Shown: piece by piece, positions 27,125 through 36,369 of the stretch
Numbering within the stretch: position 1 is the first letter of the stretch
Layout: the number at the start of each line of letters is the position of its first letter
From: a virus
Taxonomy: Duplodnaviria; Heunggongvirae; Uroviricota; Caudoviricetes
Direction: 5' to 3' (one strand)
Length of the DNA: 64,000 nt
Virus record (IMG/VR): IMGVR_UViG_3300037245_003487
Coordinates: 41,441-105,440 of that record
Translations under genes and position numbers: made by a program
Notes under the pieces: generated by a model
The model's database searches: none
The model's input: the letters and a program-made list of their open reading frames with translations, nothing else
Told to the model about the DNA's origin: nothing

Positions 27125-27715
27125 TTACATATTTTCTAATAATTTATTCATTTTACTATCAATATCATCTTTTTTAATTCTATTATACTCTCTAATTTCC
27201 TTAAATCTATCAGTAACATAATTTCTAAACTGTTCAAACTGAAGTGGCTTTACAATAAAATATCTATAGCTAAAAGTTTGAATTTCAAAGCCATACCCCT
27301 CGTTCCAAATACAATATGTCTCACCTCCTATACTAAGGTAAAAATAATTCGAGCTACTATCTTCAAGACGTAATTTATCTTTATGTTTATTTAAAAATTC
27401 AATATCTATAAATTCAACACTAACAGCATCTCCATCTTTTATTATTTCTTTTTTAAGTTTAGCCAAATAAGCTTTATACTCTTTACTACCAACTTGTCTA
27501 AAAGTAGGTTTTGGTGTTATCACAGGCTTCATAGTCGGTTCAGGTGTAACATAAACAATAATAGTCTCAGGTCTATAAAATTCTGGTGTAACGTAAATAG
27601 TTATAACTTCTGGCTCTACAACTTCCTCTCTATAAGTCCCATTGCACTTAATAATAAAGAACGTACCAATAAACACTATAACTAGCACTATTACGTATTT
27701 CAATAAATCACTCAT
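27125..27715 (-). CDS. membrane-anchored protein with PE/PT-rich repeats
   Basis: N-terminal TM; repeated ...IYVTPEFYRPETIIVYVTPEPT... Confidence 0.35.
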   Translation of the reverse strand: MSDLLKYVIVLVIVFIGTFFIIKCNGTYREEVVEPEVITIYVTPEFYRPETIIVYVTPEPTMKPVITPKPTFRQVGSKEYKAYLAKLKKEIIKDGDAVSVEFIDIEFLNKHKDKLRLEDSSSNYFYLSIGGETYCIWNEGYGFEIQTFSYRYFIVKPLQFEQFRNYVTDRFKEIREYNRIKKDDIDSKMNKLLENM

Positions 27716-28140
27716 AATATCCTCTTTACTAGCTGACTTAAAAATTTACCATCATATTTATTAGGATGGTTATCTTTAAACCACATCATGATCTTACTAA
27801 AGTTATTTTGAAGTAAAACTAAATGACTAATCATGGTAATCATTTCCATTTCAGAAAGTTGTTCTGGAAGATATTGTTTAAGAATTTCTATCTCACAATT
27901 ACATGAATTAATACGAGCTTCGTAACTCTGGGGTTTTTCTTTTTTAAAAACATTTCTATTAATTTTTAAGTTATTAATATACTTCTTAACAATATCAACT
28001 ACTTGATATTCCATGATAACACCATTATTATCTTTCATGTGCTTTTGAGCATCACTCATGACACATTTAAGCAAATTACATTTAAACTTATCACCATTTT
28101 TCATAGCAAAATTAATATCTTGCCTTATCTTTTCGTACAT
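27712..28140 (-). CDS. GatB/YqeY domain protein
   Basis: MYEKIRQDINFAMKNGDK...YLPEQLSEMEMITMI pattern; start set at MYEK with RBS GGAGGAA (the longer ORF is mostly hydrophobic junk). Confidence 0.5.
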   Translation of the reverse strand: MYEKIRQDINFAMKNGDKFKCNLLKCVMSDAQKHMKDNNGVIMEYQVVDIVKKYINNLKINRNVFKKEKPQSYEARINSCNCEIEILKQYLPEQLSEMEMITMISHLVLLQNNFSKIMMWFKDNHPNKYDGKFLSQLVKRIL

Positions 28141-28141
28141 A

Positions 28142-28381
28142 TTAATATTCCTCCAATTCTTTAATATACATAACTTTTCCACCCCTTGACTCGAATATAT
28201 TATTATCATTACAATCAAAAAATCTATAATTAATACATGTGGTAAAAATACAGCTATCCCATTTTTCATAATAACAAGCATCGATACTTATTTTACTTCC
28301 ATTAATAAACATAATCTCGTATGTTTTTCCAAAAGACGATAAACAAATAAACAAAAACAAAACAATTAAAATTTTCTTCAT
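28142..28381 (-). CDS. small secreted Cys-rich protein
   Basis: Signal peptide MKKILIVLFLFICLSSFG. Confidence 0.35.
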   Translation of the reverse strand: MKKILIVLFLFICLSSFGKTYEIMFINGSKISIDACYYEKWDSCIFTTCINYRFFDCNDNNIFESRGGKVMYIKELEEY

Positions 28382-28384
28382 AAC

Positions 28385-28591
28385 TTACTCCTCATCTTGA
28401 TCTACCAAGTATTCCTTTAAATCATCATGTGAAATTTGACTTAAATTAAAATCACAAAAATAAAGATCTCCGTTGGTAATTCCTCTAGCTAATACATAAT
28501 CATTACCCACAACCTCTATGCGCTTATCTTCATATGAATCTCTACCAAAATAACCACCACAATATCCATATAAAATTGAACCTACATACAT
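28385..28591 (-). CDS. hypothetical protein
   Basis: 68-aa ORF. Confidence 0.3.
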   Translation of the reverse strand: MYVGSILYGYCGGYFGRDSYEDKRIEVVGNDYVLARGITNGDLYFCDFNLSQISHDDLKEYLVDQDEE

Positions 28592-28601
28592 ATTTTACTC
28601 C

Positions 28602-28835
28602 TTAAAATTCACCCATAACCGCTTTATCATTCATGTATTTAAAAAACACTTTATCATCTTCTGTTTCTGGTCCAAAAAAACCAGAAAATTTAACATCTGA
28701 ATTATTTTTACGAAAATCAATAATAGCTTGAAACATCCTAACTTTTGCTTCTAATTTTTTAATGCTATAATTTCTATAATCCCATCCACAAGTACAAATA
28801 TGATTCCAGCAATGACTACAATCACTTAATGACAT
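28602..28835 (-). CDS. hypothetical protein
   Basis: 77-aa ORF. Confidence 0.3.
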   Translation of the reverse strand: MSLSDCSHCWNHICTCGWDYRNYSIKKLEAKVRMFQAIIDFRKNNSDVKFSGFFGPETEDDKVFFKYMNDKAVMGEF

Positions 28836-28838
28836 ACT

Positions 28839-29210
28839 TTACTCCTTTTCATGTGGATATGGCACAAATCTAAAAGCAGAAAACTTACTAACACTATATA
28901 CTTCTAAATCTGGATTAACCCCATCTCTATTCATTAAATAGCAAGCTGTTGAATTCATAAGACATCCTCCGCCTCTATTACATAAATAACCACCAAACAT
29001 ATATATTGGCCCACCAAGATCTTCTACAAGATTATGTTTATCGGAAATTACAAATACATTTCCAGTTTCACCAATAATTACATCACCAATACCAGGCTTC
29101 CATTTTTCTTGAATATTTTTATTGAAAATACAATCAATCATGTATTGCTTACTCAAGCCTTTAAAATTATTAGGCAAATGAAATTCCAAAGCCTCTTTAT
29201 TAAATTTCAT
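28839..29210 (-). CDS. hypothetical protein
   Basis: 123-aa ORF. Confidence 0.35.
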   Translation of the reverse strand: MKFNKEALEFHLPNNFKGLSKQYMIDCIFNKNIQEKWKPGIGDVIIGETGNVFVISDKHNLVEDLGGPIYMFGGYLCNRGGGCLMNSTACYLMNRDGVNPDLEVYSVSKFSAFRFVPYPHEKE

Positions 29211-29212
29211 AT

Positions 29213-29590
29213 TTACTCCTTAGAAAACTCATCGAGCTTCTTTCTAACATCAACCATTACTTCGCAAACATCAATGCCTTTTCCATAACTACTTATAGCT
29301 GTTTTTAATAACTCTCTCGATATTATACCAAGTTGACATGCTCTTAAAATCCCTATAGTTTTAGTTAAATCCTCACCACAAACATCTTTATATAACATCC
29401 AAATATCAGCTCCGTATATCTCGCATGTGTCCATCATTAACACAGCTCCCGTTCCACCCATTGCACCTTGTGGATCTATAGACTCTGCTTTTTCAATAAT
29501 CTGCATTAATACAGAAATTGCACCTGGATTTCCATCACTCATTTTTAACAATGCTTCCATTGTTGAATCATTTCCGTTAATTTTACTCAC
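29213..29590 (-). CDS. hypothetical protein
   Basis: 125-aa ORF. Confidence 0.35.
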   Translation of the reverse strand: MSKINGNDSTMEALLKMSDGNPGAISVLMQIIEKAESIDPQGAMGGTGAVLMMDTCEIYGADIWMLYKDVCGEDLTKTIGILRACQLGIISRELLKTAISSYGKGIDVCEVMVDVRKKLDEFSKE

Positions 29591-29593
29591 ATT

Positions 29594-29755
29594 TTACTCC
29601 TTTATTAAATCATAATCCTCAATATAAAATACATCAGTATCACCGCTTAAAATATATATCAATTGACCTAATCTTAATTGTGGTTGCTTAAGCCATAAAT
29701 TATATAACTTCCAGATCATTTCATATTTTTGACTTTCTTTAATTGCTCTTTTCAT
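29594..29755 (-). CDS. hypothetical small protein
   Basis: Start moved to MKRAIKE (RBS AAGGAG); longer ORF-track version overlaps tRNA-Gly. Confidence 0.3.
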   Translation of the reverse strand: MKRAIKESQKYEMIWKLYNLWLKQPQLRLGQLIYILSGDTDVFYIEDYDLIKE

Positions 29756-29772
29756 AAATACTCCTTTAACAT

Positions 29773-29844
29773 AGCAGGTAGACGGAATCGAACCGACATC
29801 CAATGGATGGAAACCACTTATAATAACCATTATACTATACCTGC
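29773..29844 (-). tRNA. tRNA-Gly (anticodon UCC)
   Basis: Acceptor GCAGGTA/TACCTGC, anticodon arm AGTGG-TTTCCAT-CCATT, T GTCGG-TTCGATT-CCGTC (one mismatch). Confidence 0.6.
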
Positions 29845-29935
29845 GAATTAAGCAAGTCCAGCATAAGACCATCCTATTATTAAAGTACTTTCATTTAACA
29901 TATAAATGGATCGTTTACATACCTGTAACTTGCAT

Positions 29936-30006
29936 TATGACAAAGTAGATTCGAACTACTGCATCCCAGATTTTCAGTCTGGTACCCTACCACTAGGTGA
30001 TTGCCA
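29936..30006 (-). tRNA. tRNA-Phe-like (anticodon GAA), imperfect acceptor and D stems
   Basis: Perfect anticodon arm CCAGA-CTGAAAA-TCTGG and T-arm AGTAG-TTCGAAT-CTACT; acceptor and D stems do not pair canonically. Confidence 0.4.
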
Positions 30007-30011
30007 CATAT

Positions 30012-30036
30012 CAGGCATTAGGTGATTTGAACACCT
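30012..30036 (-). ncRNA. tRNA 3'-half-like element (T-arm AGGTG-TTCAAAT-CACCT + acceptor 3' strand), preceded by A10 run
   Basis: D-arm-like 5' element GGCGTAT-TA-GCTT..AAGC lies about 90 nt upstream (30111-30140). Could be one tRNA-like gene with a large insertion. Confidence 0.3.
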
Positions 30037-30489
30037 TTTTTTTTACAACTTAGGTATGCGCTTTTTTACATATGATATTACAAGCAACAGTGACTAAGAC
30101 TTACATAAAACGCTTTATACCAATATTAAGCTAATACGCCTATAAAATTAAGTAAACATGAAGGCGATGCGATCCATGGTTGGAATTTAACAGCTTACCT
30201 GCATTCACTTCCCTCATGACCATTTACTTGAGGTGCTTACTTAATTGATTGATTGTTGTTGTTTCAAATGCTCGCATTAGGAATCACCTCTCGCTTAACA
30301 TTAAGATAGTTTTATGACTTCTTAACGGTCCTACTAATTAGATTTCCGTTTTCTTTGAAAAACGATAAACAGGTATCTATCTGGGTCCACAGTCATGGAA
30401 TCGTACTATTTCTACTCACAGCTTGCCAGCCTTGTAGGAGCTATCATATCCATGCTTTATACGTACGCAGCTACCGCACGATGCTTAAT

Positions 30490-30559
30490 TTGCATTGACT
30501 GGAATCGAACCAGCTACTATACCAGCGAACCGATACTTGCTACCAAACAATCCAATGCA
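30490..30559 (-). tRNA. tRNA-like gene (anticodon arm unresolved)
   Basis: Perfect 7-bp acceptor TGCATTG/CAATGCA, T-arm GCTGG-TTCGATT-CCAGT, D-loop TTGGTAG; anticodon stem not foldable by hand. Confidence 0.35.
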
Positions 30560-30567
30560 CCCAATAA

Positions 30568-30801
30568 TTAACTTTTCATTTTATCAGCCAAAGCATTAAG
30601 AATTTCTAATTCATCAATACCTTTATCGACTAATTTTTTCCAAAACCCAAAAATCTTACCTACATCTCCAGCTTTAGCATCTAATGCACGACCAGCTTCA
30701 GCAACTAATTCCTTTTGCTCTCCAGTTCTTTCTCTTTTCTCATCTTCCAACTCATTCCAAGAAGTAAAAAGAACCTTAACTTGTTTTAACTTATCACTCA
30801 T
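30568..30801 (-). CDS. hypothetical protein
   Basis: 77-aa ORF. Confidence 0.35.
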   Translation of the reverse strand: MSDKLKQVKVLFTSWNELEDEKRERTGEQKELVAEAGRALDAKAGDVGKIFGFWKKLVDKGIDELEILNALADKMKS

Positions 30802-30911
30802 TATTAACTCCTTTTTTGCACGATAACTTTACTCATGATAACGTGCGAAATATAAGTTATAATAACACAATTAAATAATATTGCAATATATTTTACACTT
30901 ACATTACAATA

Positions 30912-31070
30912 TTTATTTTATCGTATCACAATTGTTAAACATTAATCCTATGTAGCTCTTAACAGTACATATTCTACCACATTCACATTTAGTATTAAGA
31001 TTATGATCTTTTTTACCAGCAACATCCTTTTTACAATCAGGACACCAGAATATTTTATTTTTTCTACCCA
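30912..31070 (-). CDS. small zinc-ribbon protein
   Basis: 52 aa, CPDCKK...CECGRIC; not in the supplied track. Confidence 0.25.
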
Positions 31071-31336
31071 TCAATCACTCCATCATAATAATCTTGCGCT
31101 TTCTTTTTAAGCTCTTCAGCGTTTTCTAAGTAATATTCAGAATTATATTTACGTTTCTTATTGATATTATCCTGGTAATATTCTTTTGAACTTTCCTTAG
31201 ACTTTTTATTACGACACTTCTTACATGTAGTTCGTAGGGACTTACCATTCTTGTGAAAGAATTTAGGATCATGTGGTAATATATCTCCACAATCACCTTT
31301 ACATGTAATATACTTTTGATTACCAATCTTTTCCAT
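31064..31336 (-). CDS. Zn-finger/Lys-rich protein homologous to the N-terminal domain of the HNH paralogs (no HNH domain)
   Basis: CKGDCGD...CKKCRNKKSKESSKEYYQDNINKKRKYNSEYY resembles N-termini of 1245-2054 and 47155-47865. Confidence 0.4.
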   Translation of the reverse strand: MEKIGNQKYITCKGDCGDILPHDPKFFHKNGKSLRTTCKKCRNKKSKESSKEYYQDNINKKRKYNSEYYLENAEELKKKAQDYYDGVIDG

Positions 31337-31441
31337 ATTGTTCCTTAATTTAAAAATAAAAATGCAGTAGAATTATGGCTATACCTTGCCTAAGGTGGAT
31401 TTATGCATCTAGCGACCACGCACAAAACTACTGCATTAAAT

Positions 31442-31514
31442 TAACGGCAGGTGGATTTGAACCACCGATCACGATATCAAAAACCGTTGCATTTGGCCAG
31501 ACTATGCTATACCG
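31442..31514 (-). tRNA. tRNA-Gln (anticodon UUG)
   Basis: Acceptor AGCGGTA/TGCCGTT (two GU), D GCAT/ATGC, anticodon arm ACGGT-TTTTGAT-ATCGT, T GGTGG-TTCAAAT-CCACC. Confidence 0.7.
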
Positions 31515-31523
31515 CTATAATTA

Positions 31524-32474
31524 TTATTCTATAGACATTAGTAAACTACTGCCTTCAGGTAATATTTTACTTGGCAATTGTCCATTCCAAGCTTTTGACC
31601 AATTCAATCTTGCTTGTGCATTCATTAAAGCTATTTCAATACCTACTTGTTTTTTTCTTGCGTCTGCAGCTGCGGCAAATCTCAATGCTGCTTGTTTTTC
31701 TGCTTCTGCCATTGATATGTTTTTTGTATTAATCTCAGCCTGTGCATCTTTTTCCATTTCTGCAACAAACTTTTTATTAATAGCAGTTTGAATTGCTTTA
31801 TCTCTATAAACTAATCCACCTGAGAATCCTATAGTAGTTATAGTTAACCCATAACTCTTATATTCTTTATTTATATAAGTTGATAATGCTTCTGATATTT
31901 CAGTTTTTTTAGATCTTCCATCAGCTAAATCATATTTAGAAAATTCACTTGTTAAAAACTTAACCGCAGAGGCTCTAACATTTTTATCCATAACATGTCC
32001 ATTTAATGACTTGCCTGTATAATAATATAGAAATCTTGCAGTATCTTCTTCAGTAACCATTCCGGTACATACAACTCCAACTGAAAATTCTATAGAATCT
32101 TTTGACTCAACCCATATAGCCTGTTTTTTAGCTTCAGTTCCTGTGTCCGAAGAATCAGTCCACTCTCTACTAACTGGGCTTCTATTAACTTTAATCAATA
32201 ACATGGTTTCAATCCATTTACCCATAGAATTATATCTTCCAGTTTTTAGCCATCTCGTAGGCATAGTAATACGTTTAGCACCAACTTTTGCTTCTTCAAG
32301 AAACTCAATTGAATTAAATTTAGCTTGACCTTTTTTTGAAGATCCCTCAAGCGGTATCAAGAAAGCTGTTTCATTAGCTTTAATCTCTCTAATAACTTCT
32401 TTTTGATATGGCTTTCTACATGAAATAGATCCTAAAACCATAATAACTACTAATAATAAAATAAATTTTCTCAT
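31524..32474 (-). CDS. SPFH/band-7 domain lipoprotein
   Basis: Signal peptide with SISC lipobox; SPFH domain and Ala/Glu/Lys-rich C-terminal helix. Confidence 0.55.
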   Translation of the reverse strand: MRKFILLLVVIMVLGSISCRKPYQKEVIREIKANETAFLIPLEGSSKKGQAKFNSIEFLEEAKVGAKRITMPTRWLKTGRYNSMGKWIETMLLIKVNRSPVSREWTDSSDTGTEAKKQAIWVESKDSIEFSVGVVCTGMVTEEDTARFLYYYTGKSLNGHVMDKNVRASAVKFLTSEFSKYDLADGRSKKTEISEALSTYINKEYKSYGLTITTIGFSGGLVYRDKAIQTAINKKFVAEMEKDAQAEINTKNISMAEAEKQAALRFAAAADARKKQVGIEIALMNAQARLNWSKAWNGQLPSKILPEGSSLLMSIE

Positions 32475-32744
32475 TCAATACTCCTTGTAAAAATATTTTT
32501 TTAATAAAACTATACCACGTATAGTAAATAAACAATAAATAAAAATATAAGACATGTTTATAATCTTTAAAATACCACCACTAGCTACAAACCTCGATTG
32601 AGCATATCCGTCATCATTTAATTGACCGATAGCACTCTCAACTTCAATTGTTACAGTAGCAATATTATTATAAACCTGTATTACTATAAACTGAGATATA
32701 ATTAAAACTATTATCATAATTCCCAATATAATTAAACCTTTCAT
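32475..32744 (-). CDS. small membrane protein
   Basis: 89 aa, two TM segments. Confidence 0.35.
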   Translation of the reverse strand: MKGLIILGIMIIVLIISQFIVIQVYNNIATVTIEVESAIGQLNDDGYAQSRFVASGGILKIINMSYIFIYCLFTIRGIVLLKKYFYKEY

Positions 32745-32760
32745 TTTTTACGCTCCTTTC

Positions 32761-33198
32761 TTAACACTCCATTTTATATTCCCACAGCATCTCTTTAATA
32801 TCCATCCCAATAGCCTCAATCTTTTTAACGATAAAATTTAAAAACTCTTTAAACTTCATCTCATCAATACTATCAAAGGATATACTCTGTGTTTCTCTCT
32901 GAACTTCTCCAGTTAAAGGATTCTCAACATCCTTATATCCAAAAAACTCTTGCTTAAAAGCCATATGAACATAATCTGGTGAAAGGTCCTTAAAGTGACC
33001 TACAGCATGAACTATCTGCCAATACTTTCCTAATGATTTTAAAGAACGACCTTTTGATATCTTTACTTGATATACTTCGCCTTCTTTAAGTTGTTTCTCA
33101 ACAAGTACCATTTCTTCAAATGTTGTTGGTACAAAGTATGGCCTGCTACCATCTCTTGATCTATCAAATACTAATTTACATGTTATCTTTTGCATCAC
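32761..33198 (-). CDS. hypothetical protein
   Basis: 145-aa ORF. Confidence 0.35.
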   Translation of the reverse strand: MMQKITCKLVFDRSRDGSRPYFVPTTFEEMVLVEKQLKEGEVYQVKISKGRSLKSLGKYWQIVHAVGHFKDLSPDYVHMAFKQEFFGYKDVENPLTGEVQRETQSISFDSIDEMKFKEFLNFIVKKIEAIGMDIKEMLWEYKMEC

Positions 33199-33377
33199 TC
33201 ACTCTCCAGTCTATCATCCAATCCTTTATCAATCACTTGATAGGTTTTATTACCTAAATTGATTGTATTTTTATATATTTCACTTTCTGTTATCCAGGAT
33301 AATCCTGATTGCCAGATGTTAAATAAAACAACTAAAAATATTATCAATATACATGCCTTAATAATCCATTTAATCAT
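33195..33377 (-). CDS. small membrane protein
   Basis: 60 aa, one TM. Confidence 0.3.
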   Translation of the reverse strand: MIKWIIKACILIIFLVVLFNIWQSGLSWITESEIYKNTINLGNKTYQVIDKGLDDRLESE

Positions 33378-33459
33378 ATTGTCCTCTCCTTTAAAACTTA
33401 TGTAAAACAGTTATACTATATCTATTTTAATAAGTCAAACTTTTTTACAGTTAAGTTAC

Positions 33460-33490
33460 AAAAAAAATGGGCATCTAATGACACCCATTT
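33460..33490 (-). terminator. rho-independent terminator downstream of ssb
   Basis: Minus-strand hairpin AAATGGG...CCCATTT followed by T8. Confidence 0.45.
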
Positions 33491-33501
33491 AAATATTACA
33501 T

Positions 33502-33915
33502 TTAGAAGGGGATCGAATCATCTCCATTATTTTGTGGTGTATAGCTTTGATCTGCATTAGTTGCAGGAACTGATCCACCTTGAACTGGAGTTAAAAATTG
33601 AACTGTATTAGCTACAATTTCAACTTTAGATCTTCCTTGCTGTGTAGTTTCATCAGTCCATCTGTTTTGCCTCAACATTCCTGTTACAGCAACCTTACTG
33701 CCTTTCTTTAGGTACTTTTCACAGTTTACAGCCTGATTGCTCCATACTACAATATCAAAAAAATTAACTTCTTCTTTAATTTCTTCACCTTGTTTAAATG
33801 TGTAATTATTAGCTATTGACATTTTAGTCACTGGAGTCCCTGCTGAAGTAAACTTAATTTCGGGGTCCCTCACTAAATTCCCAATTACACTAACAATATT
33901 TAAGTCTTTTCCCAT
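33502..33915 (-). CDS. ssb: single-stranded DNA-binding protein
   Basis: OB-fold N-terminus (IVSVIGNLVRDPEIKFTSAG...VVW...KYLKKGSKVAVTG) and acidic tail DDSIPF. Confidence 0.85.
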   Translation of the reverse strand: MGKDLNIVSVIGNLVRDPEIKFTSAGTPVTKMSIANNYTFKQGEEIKEEVNFFDIVVWSNQAVNCEKYLKKGSKVAVTGMLRQNRWTDETTQQGRSKVEIVANTVQFLTPVQGGSVPATNADQSYTPQNNGDDSIPF

Positions 33916-34105
33916 TATTTCTCCTTATTAAATTATTTGTAAAATCATAAATATAATAGTAATTATCACATATATAACAAATGGTGATAATCCAATAAAG
34001 TAAAAAACTACTGGATTCCATATGTTACAAACATTACATATATAATCACCTGCTATAAATAGAATTATACCTAATACAGCACATGAAACCATTGCAATAA
34101 TCATA

Positions 34106-34354
34106 TTATACTCCTAGCTCACCATCGTCATCAATAAACATATTATCTCCATTTTTAAACATATTAAATCTTTGTATCCAATAATCTATCTCTGTTTTAT
34201 CTTCGGATGACAAAGCTTTATCTATGAATATTAAAAATTTTAATATTATACTTTGTTGATTAATAGTGACATTGTTAAGAAATTTTTCTTCAGACTTTTC
34301 TTTAATCAATTCTTGCTGCTCTTCAAATTCCTTTCTTTTTTCTTCATCACTCAT
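34106..34354 (-). CDS. hypothetical protein
   Basis: 82-aa ORF. Confidence 0.3.
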   Translation of the reverse strand: MSDEEKRKEFEEQQELIKEKSEEKFLNNVTINQQSIILKFLIFIDKALSSEDKTEIDYWIQRFNMFKNGDNMFIDDDGELGV

Positions 34355-34365
34355 TGAACCCCCTA

Positions 34366-35433
34366 TTATTCTACTCCAGGTGGCAGTGCTTCATTTTTTT
34401 GCTCACTATCAGCATTAAATTCAAGATCAGGTTCTTTTCCATCAGAGTCTATTTCAGGTCCTTTAGAAACCTTTTCCTGTCTTTCCTGTTCTTTTTTAGC
34501 ATCAACCTTTTTTATTAAATCCTCAATATAATATTTGTCTTCAAGATATTTTTCCTCAGTATAAGGTTTATTTTTTTGTTTAAAAAGAACTTTAAAATAA
34601 TTAAGTTTATCATCGCCTATATTCAGATGAACTTTTGTTGCTAATTTTTTTATTTCATCTCTAGCATTATTATAATTAAAAACTGTTTTAACTGGCCTAT
34701 TACCGATAGTATTATGTGGTCGTGTATCCCGAAGTGGTGGTTTTTTAACTAATTTTTCTACTTCCTCACCTGAATTCAACCAATCCATTAACATCTCACC
34801 AGTCTCTTTTGTAATAATACAATCCTTACCCTCAAATAAATGAGTCCTGTCTTTATCTGAACTAGCAACATGATTTTTATTCAATGCCAAAATTGTTGTT
34901 AATTCAAAATCAGTATCCTCTCTCTGTACAGGTGCAGTACCAACTTTTTCTATAGTCATTTTACCATTAGAATTTTTTCCAGTTTCGTAGTGAGGCTTAG
35001 CTCTTAATGTACATATTATATGCATTGGCGAACTTAATATTGTATCAATAAATAAATCATGCCTTGGAGTTACCTTTCCCCATGCAATATAAGAGTTTCC
35101 TCCTATTTTATTTACTATATCAAGACATCCACCTTTACCTTTCCATTCATGGCTAATACTGTCAATAATAAGCACATCATATCCAGCTTCTTCAGCATCT
35201 TTAATTCCTTGAATATAACTCTCAGGTGTATATGGAGGTTTAAGTTCCATAGTATCAAAATCAAAATGATCTGAATAAAGACTCGCAGATCCTTTTTCTG
35301 AATCTAAAACAGCTATATTATTAGATATACCAGATGCTAATAATAAAGAGCTATATGTTTTTCCGCTTCCAGAAGCGCCTTGAATACCCATCTTTAATTT
35401 TTGCTGTTTTTTTGCAGCTTTTTTAAATCCCAT
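34366..35433 (-). CDS. RecA-fold ATPase (AAA_24/Sak4-like) with C-terminal extension
   Basis: Walker A GIQGASGSGKTYSS, Walker B VLIIDSISHEW. Confidence 0.55.
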   Translation of the reverse strand: MGFKKAAKKQQKLKMGIQGASGSGKTYSSLLLASGISNNIAVLDSEKGSASLYSDHFDFDTMELKPPYTPESYIQGIKDAEEAGYDVLIIDSISHEWKGKGGCLDIVNKIGGNSYIAWGKVTPRHDLFIDTILSSPMHIICTLRAKPHYETGKNSNGKMTIEKVGTAPVQREDTDFELTTILALNKNHVASSDKDRTHLFEGKDCIITKETGEMLMDWLNSGEEVEKLVKKPPLRDTRPHNTIGNRPVKTVFNYNNARDEIKKLATKVHLNIGDDKLNYFKVLFKQKNKPYTEEKYLEDKYYIEDLIKKVDAKKEQERQEKVSKGPEIDSDGKEPDLEFNADSEQKNEALPPGVE

Positions 35434-35442
35434 TAATCCTCC

Positions 35443-35736
35443 TTACCGTATATTTTGTGTTCCAATTAATGATGCGTTAACACCTGTTAATGTTTCAAAT
35501 TTCTTTGCTAAACCCCTGATATTTTCTAACCATTTATCGTCTATGTATTCTACTTTTATATCGTCAACTGTAAACCCAACAATACTATTTTCCATGTCAG
35601 CATCATAATACAAATTCATTATTACCATGCCATTTTGTTCTACCCAGTCACAGGGATCGCTTTCAAATTCCTCTGGAATAATTATTTGATCTCCACTATT
35701 ACCTACAATCATTCCTCCGCTATAATCAAATCCCAT
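35443..35736 (-). CDS. hypothetical protein
   Basis: 97-aa ORF. Confidence 0.3.
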   Translation of the reverse strand: MGFDYSGGMIVGNSGDQIIIPEEFESDPCDWVEQNGMVIMNLYYDADMENSIVGFTVDDIKVEYIDDKWLENIRGLAKKFETLTGVNASLIGTQNIR

Positions 35737-35951
35737 TAATCCTCCTCGTTAAATTGATCGCCAATTTTATCACTAACCCACTTAATTAACGATTTAATTT
35801 TATAAAATGGTATAATGCTTAAAAATACATCTTTTTTTGAATCAAAAATATCATCTAAATAACCACAATCAATACCACTGCATATACAAGCCAAAATTAC
35901 TATTTCATAAATAATAGCAAATATAATTATTAAAGTTATAAGCACACCCAT
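35736..35951 (-). CDS. small TM protein with IPFY motif, paralog 1 of 3
   Basis: N-terminal TM, ...IIPFYKIK... Confidence 0.35.
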   Translation of the reverse strand: MGVLITLIIIFAIIYEIVILACICSGIDCGYLDDIFDSKKDVFLSIIPFYKIKSLIKWVSDKIGDQFNEED

Positions 35952-36172
35952 TACACGCCCTCCTTATCAAATTGCTCATTAACTACATATTTAATTTTTA
36001 TAAATAGTAATTTTAAACCATAAAAAGGTATCCAACTTTTAATAAAGTTATTTTTTGTTAAAAACATACCTTCAAGTTCCCGACAATCAATTGAAATAAA
36101 CGTAACTCCAATCATAATTACATAATATAAAACCAATAGAAATACTAAGATACCTATCAATATCCCCATCAC
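35951..36172 (-). CDS. small TM protein with IPFY motif, paralog 2 of 3
   Basis: N-terminal TM, ...WIPFYGLK... Confidence 0.35.
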   Translation of the reverse strand: MMGILIGILVFLLVLYYVIMIGVTFISIDCRELEGMFLTKNNFIKSWIPFYGLKLLFIKIKYVVNEQFDKEGV

Positions 36173-36357
36173 ACACCCTCCTTACAATCAACAAATAACT
36201 TATATCCACCATAAAATGGTATAGAATAAGTCCATGGAGTTTCTAGAAATTTCTCCATTACAACTTCACTAATTGAAGTACCTGAAAAATACAGTACTGC
36301 ATAAACCCCACCAAAAATAACGTAATAAAAAAACAATAACATAAAAATCGCTACCAT
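36169..36357 (-). CDS. small TM protein with IPFY motif, paralog 3 of 3
   Basis: N-terminal TM, ...SIPFYGGYK... Confidence 0.35.
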   Translation of the reverse strand: MVAIFMLLFFYYVIFGGVYAVLYFSGTSISEVVMEKFLETPWTYSIPFYGGYKLFVDCKEGV

Positions 36358-36369
36358 ATCAACTCTCCT

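Noticed and set aside
31361-31432. 72-nt segment bounded by a perfect 7-bp inverted repeat GCAGTAG...CTACTGC, tRNA-sized, adjacent to tRNA-Gln
   Set aside because: Neither strand yields a D-arm or T-arm (no TTC loop and no complementary 5-bp stems) despite the acceptor-like stem. Probably a processing hairpin or decayed tRNA; not called.
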